From assembly GCA_038087875.1 (NCBI GenBank), contig CM075992.1:12825065-12845064 (forward strand): DNA of 20,000 nt, read 5' to 3'. The notes below the pieces were generated by a model. That model saw only the letters and a list, made by a program, of their open reading frames with translations, did no database searches and was not told the origin of the DNA. Shown piece after piece: positions 1 through 9,834 of this stretch (position 1 is the stretch's first letter; each line of letters starts with the position of its first letter). A program made the position numbers and the translations under genes. Origin of the DNA: Malacoraja senta. Lineage: Eukaryota.

Positions 1-106
1 TTCAGGATGCATAAATCGTCTAAATTACAGGACGCAATAAGCAACAAAATTTCAGGACAGGAAAAGGGATGAAAATTCAGCATGTGAAAAGCGACGAACA
101 TTCGGG

Positions 107-511
107 TAGGCGTCGCGACTCACGTCGCAGCGGCCTCTGCAGTCCGTCTGTCTTTTTTTATTTTTGTCTCGTTTGAGTGTAGTTATAGTGTTTTTTTAAC
201 TGGGTATGTGTGTGGGGGGCGGGGAGGAGAAACTTTTAAAATCTTTTCCCTGTACGGAGGACCCGACCTTTCTCTGTCGGGTCTCCGTTGTCATTGGGGC
301 CTAGAACCGTGGAGCGGCCTCCAACCGGAATGACATGGGGTTCCAGTCGCGGACTACTCACCATCGTGGAGATGGCTGAGTTCGGAGCATGGAGAGCTGC
401 AGTGGCGCGCTGCTGCGGCCCGACCCCGGAGATTCGGAAGCTCCCGCTGCCGGCCCGGTGGACGGTGACATCGGAAGCTCACGGGTCCCTGGTGGGAGAC
501 CGCTTTTCGGG
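107..511. mobile_element. Unclassified GC-rich interspersed-repeat fragment inserted in the satellite
   Basis: Satellite periodicity is lost abruptly. Internal stem-loop at 254-288. TTCGGG occurs at both boundaries (101-106, 506-511). A short related motif lies on the minus strand at ~6030-6067. Confidence 0.55.
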
Positions 512-1153
512 ACTAAATTTCAGGACTTGTAAAGTGTCAAAATTTCAGGACGCGTAAAGTGACGAAATTTCAAAACGCCAAAAGAAATGTAAATTCAGGA
601 TGCAAAAAGCGACGAAATTTCCGGACGTGTAAAGCGACGACATTTCAGGACGCGAAAAGTGATGAAATTTCACCACACGAAAAGCAACAAATGATCAGGA
701 CGCATGACGCGACAAAGTTTCAGGACGGGAAAAGCGACAAAATTTCGGCAAATGAAAAAAGACGAACCTTCAGTACATGAAAAGAAACGAAAATATAGCA
801 CGCGAAAAGTGAGGAAAATTCAGCACACGAAAATCAACGAAACTTCAGGAAGCGAAAAGGTACGAAAATTCAGGGTTCGAAAAGGTACGAAAATTCAGGA
901 CGCTAAAACGGAGGAAAATTTTGGACGCTAAAAGCGACGAAAATTCACATTTTAAAAGGGGGGAAATGTCAGGACGCGAAAAGCAACAACATTTCAGGAC
1001 GTGAAATGCGACGAGATTTTAGTACGAGAAAAGCGACAAAAATTCAGCATGCAAAAAGCGACGAAAATTCAGGATGCGAAAAAACCTTCTGGACGTGAAA
1101 AGTGACGAAATTTCAGCACGCGAAAAGAGAGAAAAAATTCAGATGCAAACAGC

Positions 1154-1233
1154 GAAAGGAATGGAGGGTTATGGTCTGAGTGCAGGTAGATGGGACTGGG
1201 TGAGAGTAAATGCTCAGCACAGACTAGAAGGGC
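1154..1233 (+). mobile_element. CR1 LINE 3' remnant (80 bp)
   Basis: gaaaggaatggagggttatggtctgagtgcaggtagatgggact... is nearly identical to ~2719-2798 of the longer CR1 copy. Confidence 0.85.
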
Positions 1234-2596
1234 GTGAAAAGCGACGAAATTTCAGCACATGAAAAGCTACAAAAATTCAGGACGCAAAAGCGACAAAAAT
1301 TCAAAACGCCAAAAGCGACGTAAATTCAGGATGAGAAAAGCGACAAAATTTCAGGACGCATAAAGCGATGAAATTTCAGCACGCGATACGCAATGAAATT
1401 TCAGCACAGGAAAAGTGACGAAATTTCAGCATGTAAAAAGCGAGGAAAATTCAGCATGCAAAAAGCGACGAAAATTCTGCACGCGGAAAGTGACGAAATT
1501 TCAGCATGCAGAAAGCAATGAAAATTCAGCACAAGAAAAAAAGGAAACATTCAGCACATGAAAAGTGACGAAAATTCAGGACGCGAAAAGTTACAAAAAT
1601 TCAGGACGTGAAATGCGACAAACATTTAGGAGGCTAAACTGGATGAAAGCTCAGGACGCAGAAAGGGACAAAAATTCAGGATGCAGAAAGGTACGAAAAT
1701 TCAGGGTTCGAAAAGGTACGAAAATACAGGACGCTAAAGCGGAGGAAAATTTTAGACATAAAAAGTGATGAAAATTCAGCATTTGAAAAGGGGGAAAATG
1801 TCAGGACGTGAAAAGCGACGAAATATCAGGACGTGAAATGCAACGAGATTTTAGCACAAAAAGCGTCAAAAATTCAGCACGCAAAAAGTGATGAGATTTC
1901 AGCATGCAAAGAGCGATGAAATTTGAGGACGCGAAAGATGATGAAAATTCAAAATGCCAGAAGCGATGAAAATTCAGGATACCAAAAGCGACGAAATTTC
2001 AGGACGAGAAAAGTGACGAAACATCAGGACTCATAAAGCAATGAAATTTCAGGATGTGAAAGGCGACGAAATTTCAGCACATGAAAATCGACGAAAATTC
2101 AAAACGCCAAAATCAATGTAAATTCAGGATGCAAAAAGCGACAAAATTTCAGGAAGTGTAAAGTGTCAAAATTTCAGGACGAGAAAAGCAACGAAACTTC
2201 TGGACGCATAAAAAGACGATATTTCAGGACGTGAAAAGCGACGAAATTTCAGCACATGAAAAGCGACGAAAATTCAGCCTGTGTAAAGCGATGAAAATTC
2301 AGCATGTAAAAAGCGACGAAAATTCAGCACACGTAAAGTGACAAAAAATCAGGAAGCGAAAGGCGACGAAAATTCAAAACGCCAAAAGCGACTTAAATTC
2401 AGAACGAGAAAAGTGACGAAATTTCAGGAAGCATAAAGCGACAACATTTCAGCACGCGATTCGCGAGGAAATTTCAGCACAGGAAAAGTGACGAAATTTC
2501 AGCACGCGAAAAGCAAGGAAAATTCAGCACGCAAAAAGCGACGAAATTTCGGGACGCGAAAGACGATGAAAATTCAAAACGCCAAAAGCAATGTAA

Positions 2597-2846
2597 GGGA
2601 CAGAGGGGGAAGTTCTTTACTCAGAGAGTGGTAACTGTGTGGAATGAGCTTCCAGTGGAAGTGGGGGAGGCAGGTTCGATTTTATCTTTAAAAATAAATT
2701 GGATAGGTATATGGACGGGAAAGGAATGGAAGGTTATGGTCTGAGTGCAGGTAGATGGGACTAGGTGAGAGTAAGTGTTCGGCACGGAGTAGAAGGGCTG
2801 AGATGGCCTGTTTCCATGCTGGAATTGATATATGGTTATATGGTTA
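2597..2846 (+). mobile_element. 5'-truncated CR1 LINE 3' end with (ATGGTTAT)n tail
   Basis: Encodes the CR1 ORF2 C-terminal motif FFTQRVVTVWNELP, followed by the GGCCTGTTTCC 3'UTR motif and a short repeat tail. Possible TAA TSD (2594-2596 / 2847-2849); removing the insert restores satellite tgtaaattcagg. Confidence 0.9.
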
Positions 2847-3872
2847 TAAATTCAGGATGCAAAAAGCGACGAAATTTCAGGACGCGTAAAGTGACAACAT
2901 TTCAGTACGAGAAAAGCGACGAAACTTCAGGATTCACAAAGCGACGAAATTTAAGTACGTGAAAAGCGACGAAATTTCAGCACATGAAAAGCGCCGAAAA
3001 TTCAGCATGCAAAAAGCGACGAAAATTCAGCACGCAATAAGCGACGAAAATTCAGGACGTGTAAAGCGACAAAATTTCAGTAAGAGAAAAGCGAGGAAAC
3101 TTCAGGATTCACAAAGCGACGAAATTTCAGTACGTGAAAAGCGACGAAATTTCATGACGCGTAAAGCGACGAAATTTCAAAACGCCAAAAGAAATGTAAA
3201 TTCAGGATGCAAAAAGTAACTAAATTTCAGGATGCGTAAAGCGACGAAATTTCAGGATGCGAAAAGTGATGAAAGTTCAGGACGCGAAAAGTGATGACAT
3301 TTCACCCAACGAAAAACAACAAATGTTCAGGACGCATGACGCATGATGCGACGAAGTTTCAGGACACGAAAAGCGACAACATTTCGGCAAATGAAAAAAG
3401 ACGAACCTTCAGGACGTGAAAAGCAACGAAGATATAGCACGCTAAAAGTGAGGAAAATTCAGCATGCGAAAAGCAATGAAAATTCAGCACGCGAAAAGTG
3501 ACGATAATTCAGGAAGCGAAAAGCTACAAAAATTCAGGACGTGAAACGCGACAAATATTTAGGACGCAAAACGGGATGAAAATTCAGGATGCAGAAAGGA
3601 GCAAATATTCAGGATGCACAAAGATACAAAAATTCAGGGTTTGAAAAGGTACGAAATTTCAGGACGCTAAAACGGAGGAAAATTTTGGACAGAAAGAGTG
3701 ACGAAAATTCAGCATTTAAAAAGCGGGAAAATGTCAGGACACGAAAAGCAACAACATTTCAAGATGTGAAATGCGACAAGATTTTAGCACAAGAAAAGCG
3801 CAAAAGTTCAGCATGCAAAAAGCGACGAAAATTCAGGATGCAAAAAGTGACGAACCTCGACCTGAAAAGTGA

Positions 3873-4425
3873 TGGATAGCAGAATTGGGAGAATTCAATG
3901 TTCAGGCCACCAGGATGTAGACTGCCCAAGCGGAATATGAGGTGCATTTCCTCCAATTTACGGTGTTGCTCGCTGTGGCCATGGAGGAGACCCAGGACAG
4001 GGAGGTCAGATACAGAATGGGAGGGGGAGTTGAAGTGCTGAGCCACCGGGAGTTCAGGTTGGTTATTGCGGACCGACCAGAGGTGTTCGGCGAAACGATC
4101 GCCAAGCCTCCGCTTGGTCTCACCGATGTAGATCAGCTGGCATCTAGAGCAGCGAATGCAATAGATGAGGTTGGAGGAGATGCAGGTGAACCTCTGTCGC
4201 ACCTGGAACGACTGCTTGGGTCCTTGAATGGAGTGGAGGGGGAAGGTGAAGGGACAAGTGTTGCATCTCTTGCGGTTGCAAGGGAAAGTACCAGGGGAGG
4301 GGGTGGTATGGGAGGGAAGGGAAGAATTGACAAGGGGGTACCAGGGGAGGGGGTGGTATGGGAGGGAAGGGAAGAATTGACAAGGGAGTACCAGGGGAGG
4401 GGGTGGTATGGGAGGGAAGGGAAGA
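3873..4425 (-). pseudogene. Penelope-like retroelement (Neptune-type) GIY-YIG endonuclease fragment, 5'-truncated, no RT
   Basis: Core of ORF 3759..4454(-): Cys linker CNRKRCNTC, NLIYCIRCSRCQLIYIGET (GIY-YIG plus CxxC), RRLGDRFAEH, VAQHFN, RKLEE, GLNIEF. Confidence 0.93.
4279..4425. repeat. 50-bp tandem triplication (~2.9 copies) at the truncated end of the Penelope fragment
   Basis: gtaccaggggagggggtggtatgggagggaagggaaga recurs at 4288, 4338 and 4388. Confidence 0.95.
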
Positions 4426-4566
4426 GTTCCTCCATCTCTGTGAAGGTATACCATATGCCTACATTTACTACACTAACCCATTGTAATGCCACTTGCAAGT
4501 TATAGACTTGGACCACAAAATCACTCTGTACTTCAATGCTGTTAAGGCAGTCATGCCATTGATTGT

Positions 4567-4687
4567 AGAAACAAAGAACTGCAGATGCTGGTTAATACAC
4601 AAAAGGACAAAGTGCTGGAGTAACTCAGCAGATCAGGCAGCATCATCGTAGAACATGCACAGGTGACGTTTCAGTTTGAAATCCCGT
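4567..4687 (-). mobile_element. Penelope terminal-repeat (pseudo-LTR) fragment with truncated hammerhead
   Basis: Reverse complement reads ...gaaacgtcacc...gatgctgcctgatctgctgagttactccagcactttg...ccagcatctgcagttc, the same motif as the copies at 6249-6340 and 19778-19955. Confidence 0.8.
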
Positions 4688-5014
4688 TATTGGTGTACAA
4701 ATCCTTGTGAATGTACCCTGCTTGTGCAGCAAGCTATATTCACAGAAGGCACCAAAATCCTTGGCATGTTGAAGAATCAAGAGGCCAGTGAAAATGAGGA
4801 AGTAAGAGGAGGGTGTTAATAATAAAAAAGGTATTGTATAGGTTAATGAGTCCAAAACCTGATACATCTTAAACATCTGATCTATATCGCATTCTGAAAA
4901 ATATGCAAGGGATCACTGGGGTGTGGTAGCTTTTTCCATGTCTAAGTATTCAGAAGTATTTCATTAACCGTAACTTTTTCTGTGAAAGGGAAAGTGCCTT
5001 ATAACTAGACTCAT

Positions 5015-5210
5015 CAAGTCTTGCAGCGGAGAAATGACCTCTTCGGCCCAACCTATCCACACCGACCAACATGCCGCATCTGCACTGGTCCCACCTGCCT
5101 GCATTTTGCCCATATCCCTCTAAACTTGTCCTATCCATGAACCTGTCTAAATGTTTCTTAAATGTTGTGATAGCACCTGCTTCAACCACCTCCTCCGGCA
5201 ACTTGTTCTA
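5015..5210 (-). mobile_element. CR1 LINE 3' end
   Basis: ORF 4950..5201(-) begins PEEVVEAGAITTFKKHLDRFMDRTSLEGYG, the CR1 ORF2 C-terminus. Confidence 0.88.
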
Positions 5211-5216
5211 TTCACC

Positions 5217-5376
5217 CACACAAAAAGCTGGAGTAACTCAGTGGGTCAGACAGCATCTCTGGAAATAAGGAATAGTGACGCTTCGGGTCTGTAGAAGGGT
5301 CTCGACCTGAAAAGTCATCTATTCCTTTTCTCCAGTGACACTCTGACCCGCTGAGTTACTCCAGTTTTTTTGTGTG
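5217..5376. mobile_element. Fold-back pair of Penelope terminal-repeat segments with a mutated hammerhead core at the centre
   Basis: Left arm cacacaaaaagctggagtaactcagtgggtcaga (5217-5250) versus right arm tctgacccgctgagttactccagtttttttgtgtg (5342-5376). Centre: ctgtagaagggtctcgacctgaaaagtca. Confidence 0.85.
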
Positions 5377-5381
5377 TATCT

Positions 5382-5480
5382 TAGGTTAGTTGGTTGATGG
5401 GTGAATGGGTGGAAGTGGGGGGTTAATAGGAATGTGGGGAGAATAAAAGATGGGGTTCATGTGTAAATGTTTGGCTGATC
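5382..5480 (+). mobile_element. Degenerate V-SINE 3' fragment
   Basis: Weak resemblance (ggaatgtggggagaataaaa...atggggtt...gtgtaaatg) to V-SINE 3' regions. Confidence 0.35.
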
Positions 5481-5707
5481 AGTGGTACTACTCCTCAGTG
5501 CCCTACTTCCTGATTGTGTGTCCCTTTAACTTCATCATTAGTTCCCATTGGGAGCAACTTTCATCGAAAAGACTGTTTTCCTTTTTACTGGTATCATGCA
5601 CTCTGTAAGCCTCAGATTTCTGACAACACTTGATCTTGCGATTCAACCAAGAATAATCCAAGATAAATATTTAATTAAGTCGGGTGGTTCAGGGATCCTT
5701 CATTGAT

Positions 5708-5770
5708 CTGAGCTACTCCAGCAATTTGTGTCAATCTCTGGTGTAAACCAGCATCTGAAGTTCCTCCTTA
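5708..5770 (+). mobile_element. Penelope terminal-repeat tail fragment
   Basis: ctgagctactccagcaatttgtgtc...aaaccagcatctgaagttcct. Confidence 0.7.
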
Positions 5771-5775
5771 TTACA

Positions 5776-5957
5776 GATACAAAGTGCTGGAATTATTCAG
5801 TGGGTCAGGCAGCATCTCAAAAGAAAAAGGATAGGTGACGTTTTGGGTCGGGACCCTTCGTCACCTTATGATGTCCTTTTTTTCCAGAGATGCTGCTTGA
5901 CTTACTGAGTTACTCCAGCACTTTGTGTCGTATCTTTTTTATAAGCCAGCATCTGCA
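5776..5957. mobile_element. Second fold-back pair of Penelope terminal-repeat segments; both CTGAAGA cores are missing at the centre
   Basis: gatacaaagtgctgg...ggtgacgttttgggtcgggacccttc | gtcacc...gatgctgcttgacttactgagttactccagcactttgtgtc, then the ccagcatctgca tail. Confidence 0.82.
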
Positions 5958-6248
5958 AGGTGACAAATGAACGTTTGTGCCAATCACCCTAGTGATGAGG
6001 TCACTATAATCAACAATGAAGGAATGGATCAGACAGACTGTTGGCGAGGCCGCCATTGCTGGTGCCAGACGGTGGATATTATATGTATAATAGTACATTG
6101 TAGATGAATGCAATGAAACCATACACAAGTACAACAGACTGATCGAAGAGAAATTACCAGTGTGCAGAATATAGTTTTTTCAGCAAGTTCCAGAGAACTG
6201 TCTAATATCTAATGAGGTATGTTGAGAGGATCGGTACTATATCTTAGA

Positions 6249-6340
6249 TAGACAAAAAATGCTGGAGTAACTCAGCGAGACAGGCAGTATCTGTGGAGAA
6301 AAGGAATGGGTAATGTTTCGGGTCGTGACCCTTCTTCAGT
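6249..6340 (-). mobile_element. Penelope terminal-repeat segment with hammerhead core
   Basis: Reverse complement: ctgaagaagggtcacgacccgaaacattaccc...ctgagttactccagcattttttgtcta. Confidence 0.85.
6312..6339 (-). ncRNA. Minimal type I hammerhead ribozyme motif (degenerate helix III, stem I truncated)
   Basis: CUGAAGA-A-GGGUC-AC-GACCC-GAAAC-AUU on the minus strand. Confidence 0.55.
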
Positions 6341-7181
6341 ACTATACCCCAGTTTGGGGAAGAACTGTTTTAGCAATTGGTGTACAAGAGAGAACCATAG
6401 TACCTATCCGGAATTGACTTTTATTCAATACACTGATAAAAGTCAGAAGCAGTTATCTTTGCGACCCTGCGAAACTTCCTCTAATATTTCCTAAAGCTCC
6501 TTTCTATCAATGCCCTTGTCATTTTATTCATGTTTCCGGAGGACACCTCAAGTTACTCTCTTAAAACCAGGTTCAAAGCCGTGACATAATATAAATAACC
6601 TACTATGTTCCGCTACCTTACATTTTAAAAATAAGACGCACCCTTCACAAATTAATCTTCTCCCGACTTGTTCGTTATGTTGACGAGAACGAGCGATTCC
6701 GAAATCGTTGTGTAGGGGCAGCGGTAACAAGGGCTCACTCGGTAACAGACCAGCTTGTACCATGTCCTTCCTGCTTGATGCTTTCCTTTCTCCGTGTCTC
6801 CCCCAGGGCGCTGTCTCCGGCCATGGTGCTGAAACCTAGCCCTTGTGCATTTGACTCGCCAAGGTTTACAATTGAATCCATCTTTCTGACTCCTCAAAGT
6901 CAGTCCCACCACGTGTTTCAAATCAGAGTCATTTGTTTCAAAGTTTAATCACAGCTGGGCATTATTTAGTCCACGGCGCCCCCGGATACAATTGAAAACC
7001 ATAGTTGCATTACGGATATCCTGGCTTTCAATACAAAAAGTGGTTGAAATGTTTGTTTCACCCATTTCCAGCAGCCGCAACATTGCAGCGACTGTGCTTT
7101 CCACTTATAACGCGTTTAGACGTATAAAGTGCCGTGGGATTCCCAGCGGATGCGAGAGGCGTCATTTAAATGAGTCATGTG

Positions 7182-7295
7182 CAGGGCTGCCAACATGGGG
7201 TGAGCGTTGGGAGTGAGAAATTGCGAGAGACCAAGCCCGAGGGAGCACAGCGACTGCCCGGGGGGGGGGGGGTGTATGGAAATCAGATTATATTC
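7182..7295 (+). mobile_element. Left end of a hAT-like non-autonomous element
   Basis: Starts CAGGGCTGCCAAC, matching 12/13 the reverse complement of GTTGGCAGCTCTG at 11765-11777. The flanks share no TSD. Confidence 0.55.
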
Positions 7296-7715
7296 AAGCA
7301 CTTACCCATGTTGACCAACCTGGGTCTCACTGCACAACTGACCCTCAGTCCAGCCTTACATCTGGCCCCCTATTCTACCCTGATCTTAGCTGCTTACCTG
7401 CTTAGGTTCCCAGTGCTGAACGCTCCCATTGTCCCAGCTTTGACTGCACACCAAGTACTATTCCAGACCTTGACTTTGGATGCACACTTGGCCTTGCTCC
7501 TAGCCCCTTTGCACTGACAATATATCTGGCCCACACGTAATACCCCATATCTGACCCCCTGGACTTAACCTATTATGTTCAATTCCACACGTGCTTAACT
7601 AATGCGGTAATCTTTTATGGGCACTTCACAGACCAACTTTTGCATAACAAAATTTGCTACATCCATTGGTTTTCTTGATATCTGTACTCACGTACTGCTT
7701 AAATACGTGGTAATC

Positions 7716-8308
7716 CACCTGCAACTGCTCGGACAGGAAGGCTCTGCAGAGGTTAGTGAGGGGAGCAGAGAAGATCATTGCCGTCTCCCTACCCTCGGTA
7801 CAAGAACTGTTCCTGAGCCGCTGTCGGAAAAAAGCTCAGAGAATTGCTAAGGACAAACTGCACCCCCTCCACATACACCTGGATCTCCTGCCATCAGGCA
7901 AGATATATCGCAGCATCAAAGCCCGGACTACAAGACTGCTAAACAGCTTCCTGCCATATGCTGTGAGGCTGCTAAACAGCCACTCTGTACTCACAGTCAC
8001 CTGATTCTGCGGCTTGGCACGGACACTATATTAACTGGCACTGGCCACTTCAATAACTGTCACTGGCCACTCAAATCAGCCACCCCAGACATGTTTATGA
8101 TTGGTCTTACTGTATTTTAACGTTGTTTTTATCTATTTTAACTTTATACTGTTCCATCAGGGACTGGATTGTTTTTAGTGTCATTATGTGTGAAATGTTT
8201 TAAACTTCATGTGCGATGCTCCGGTATTCCCTGGGAAACGTCTTTTCGTTTTGCACTGCACAACTGTTGCTTGCAAGATGACAATAAAGGAATTGAATTG
8301 AATTGAAT
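7716..8308 (+). mobile_element. Rex1/Babar-type LINE 3' end (ORF C-terminus, 3'UTR and (AATTG)n tail)
   Basis: DRKALQRLVRGAEKII...LPSVQELFLSRCRKKAQRIAKDKLHPLH..LLPSGKIYRSIKARTTRLLNSFLPYAVRLLN. Ends gatgacaataaaggaattgaattgaattgaat. Confidence 0.9.
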
Positions 8309-9397
8309 CTAACATGCTAGTTACTTTGTCAAATAAGTCTTTCAATTGGTTGAATTTCTCATCCATAAAATTATACTCACTCAACTGTATAAGTATTCTG
8401 TTACCATTTCCTTCATTTTCCTAACAAACTGTCCTGAAGTCATTTTCACCTCCAATATTTTCAGTATTTTGCTGTCTTCCTCTCAGCTGGGACTTTTCCG
8501 AAATGCAAAGTCCAATAACTATATATTTAAGCAATAATATTCTATTTAAGGTGATCTTGAGTACATAATATTTTCTGTGGTATTCATAACACAACAATGA
8601 TAAAAAGATCTTTGTTTTGATTGCACCTACCAACATGCACACAATATTATATTACAGTTAATGTGTACCCAGGGCAATTTTGTTTTCCAATGCTCCCATT
8701 CCCAATTACTTTTACATTGAAGTGATTGAAATCCAAGTGAAGTTTAAATGGCGTCAGAAAAATAAAACCTCCGGAATGAATGATATTCATTACGTGATTG
8801 GTTGGAGTCAGTATCAGTACAAATACTATATTAAACTTTGAATCTTCAGATGTCCTGGTTCACACATTCCCCTGCAAGTATCTCTGTCACTCCTTTAAAA
8901 TATGCCCCTTCTTTGAACATGCTGTTAAACATCGCATCTGAATCAGTTTCCATCTGATTACACTCATTGAGGATGTTCATCTACGTGTTCAATTAATAAA
9001 ACAACGAGATTGAGGACATTTCTATCAACCTGTCAAAGGAATTTGGGGGGGGGGGGTTAGAAATAGTCAGTGAGGTAAAGAAACATAATAGTTTAGTGGC
9101 AAATGACAATAGTGCTACCTTCCCAATATTTAACTGAAGGAAATAATGGGTTATCGGGCTGTACCTTGTGACAGACAGCCTGACACCTTGCATGTCATTT
9201 TAATATTACACTTATCCCATCCCTCTGGATATTCCGGATTAATAAATTAAGGTTTTGTCAACTAATTACAAATCAGGCTAGTTACAAATCAATATCAGCC
9301 AACTCCGAAACACGAAGCGCTGAGCATTGGGATCCAGACATCACGGACACCTAGCCTCAGTTCCCCGCTCACATCTGGCAGTGCTCTCCATCTGAAC

Positions 9398-9618
9398 CAG
9401 GTGCCATGGAGCGTTTTTGAAAGTGGGGGGGCTGAGCGATCACTGATCACTGGCCTTGGGGGACCCGGCAAGGGAGTGGAGTGACCGAGTGGGGGGAAGG
9501 TGTGGGAGGGGATGCCCCCCTCTCCCAGGGTAGAGTTGTTTTGAAATTTGATGTATTAAAATCATGTTTTAGTGCATAGTAGAAGTATGAATTCAATGTT
9601 TTTTGTTTGAAGTATTTT
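9398..9618 (+). mobile_element. Left end of a second hAT-like non-autonomous element
   Basis: CAGGTGCCATGGAGCG...AAAGTGGGGGGGCTG. The subterminal AAAGTGGGG..GCTG motif recurs at ~11410-11424 before ...TTCCGACTGCCGCTG (ending 11460). Confidence 0.45.
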
Positions 9619-9832
9619 TAAGAGGTAACTTTTTTCACACAAAGGGTGATGGGTGTATGAAACAAGCTGCCATAAGAGGTAGATGAGGCAGGGACTATTC
9701 TAACATTTAAGAAACAGTTAGAGTGATACATGGATAGGACAGGTTTGGAGGGATATGGACCAAAAGCAGTTAGTGTAGCTGGGACATGTTGGCAGATGTG
9801 GGCAAGTTGGGTTGAAGGGCCTGTTTTCACAC
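9619..9832 (+). mobile_element. CR1 LINE 3' end
   Basis: ttttttcacacaaagggtgatgggtgtatgaaacaagctgcc...atttaagaaacagttaga...gaagggcctgttttcacac. Confidence 0.88.
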
Positions 9833-9834
9833 AT

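Larger units (their letters stand above)
1..3872. repeat. 25-bp CpG-rich tandem satellite, consensus ~AAAAGCGACGAAA(A/T)TTCAG(G/C)ACGCG; runs off the left edge of the window
   Basis: Consecutive 25-nt units are readable directly, e.g. from ~1984: aaaagcgacgaaatttcaggacgag / aaaagtgacgaaacatcaggactca / taaagcaatgaaatttcaggatgtg / aaaggcgacgaaatttcagcacatg. Interrupted at ~107-511, 1154-1233 and 2597-2846. Confidence 0.95.

Noticed and set aside
1..3872. Satellite as a CRISPR array, hammerhead array or CENP-B box repeat
   Set aside because: There are no unique spacers. GACGAAA is on the plus strand but CTGA is on the minus strand, so no hammerhead core forms. TTCG is not followed by the A..CGGG of a CENP-B box.
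559..3879. K/R-rich ORFs (559..780, 704..931, 1565..1768, 2959..3219, 3589..3879 and others)
   Set aside because: Translations of the 25-bp satellite; they occur in several frames with no coding structure.
3942..4516. ORFs 3942..4505(+), 4133..4516(-) and 4144..4383(-)
   Set aside because: Antisense or alternative frames of the Penelope fragment and its 50-bp triplication.
7170..7560. 115-aa Leu/Ala/Pro-rich ORF
   Set aside because: Begins in a hAT end and continues through C/T-biased low-complexity sequence; no recognisable domain.
8309..8642. Possible minus-strand exon (…ENDFRTVC*ENEGNGNRILIQLSEYNFMDEKFNQLKDLFDKV)
   Set aside because: In-frame stop, no recognisable homology and no convincing splice-site pair; cannot be supported without RNA data.
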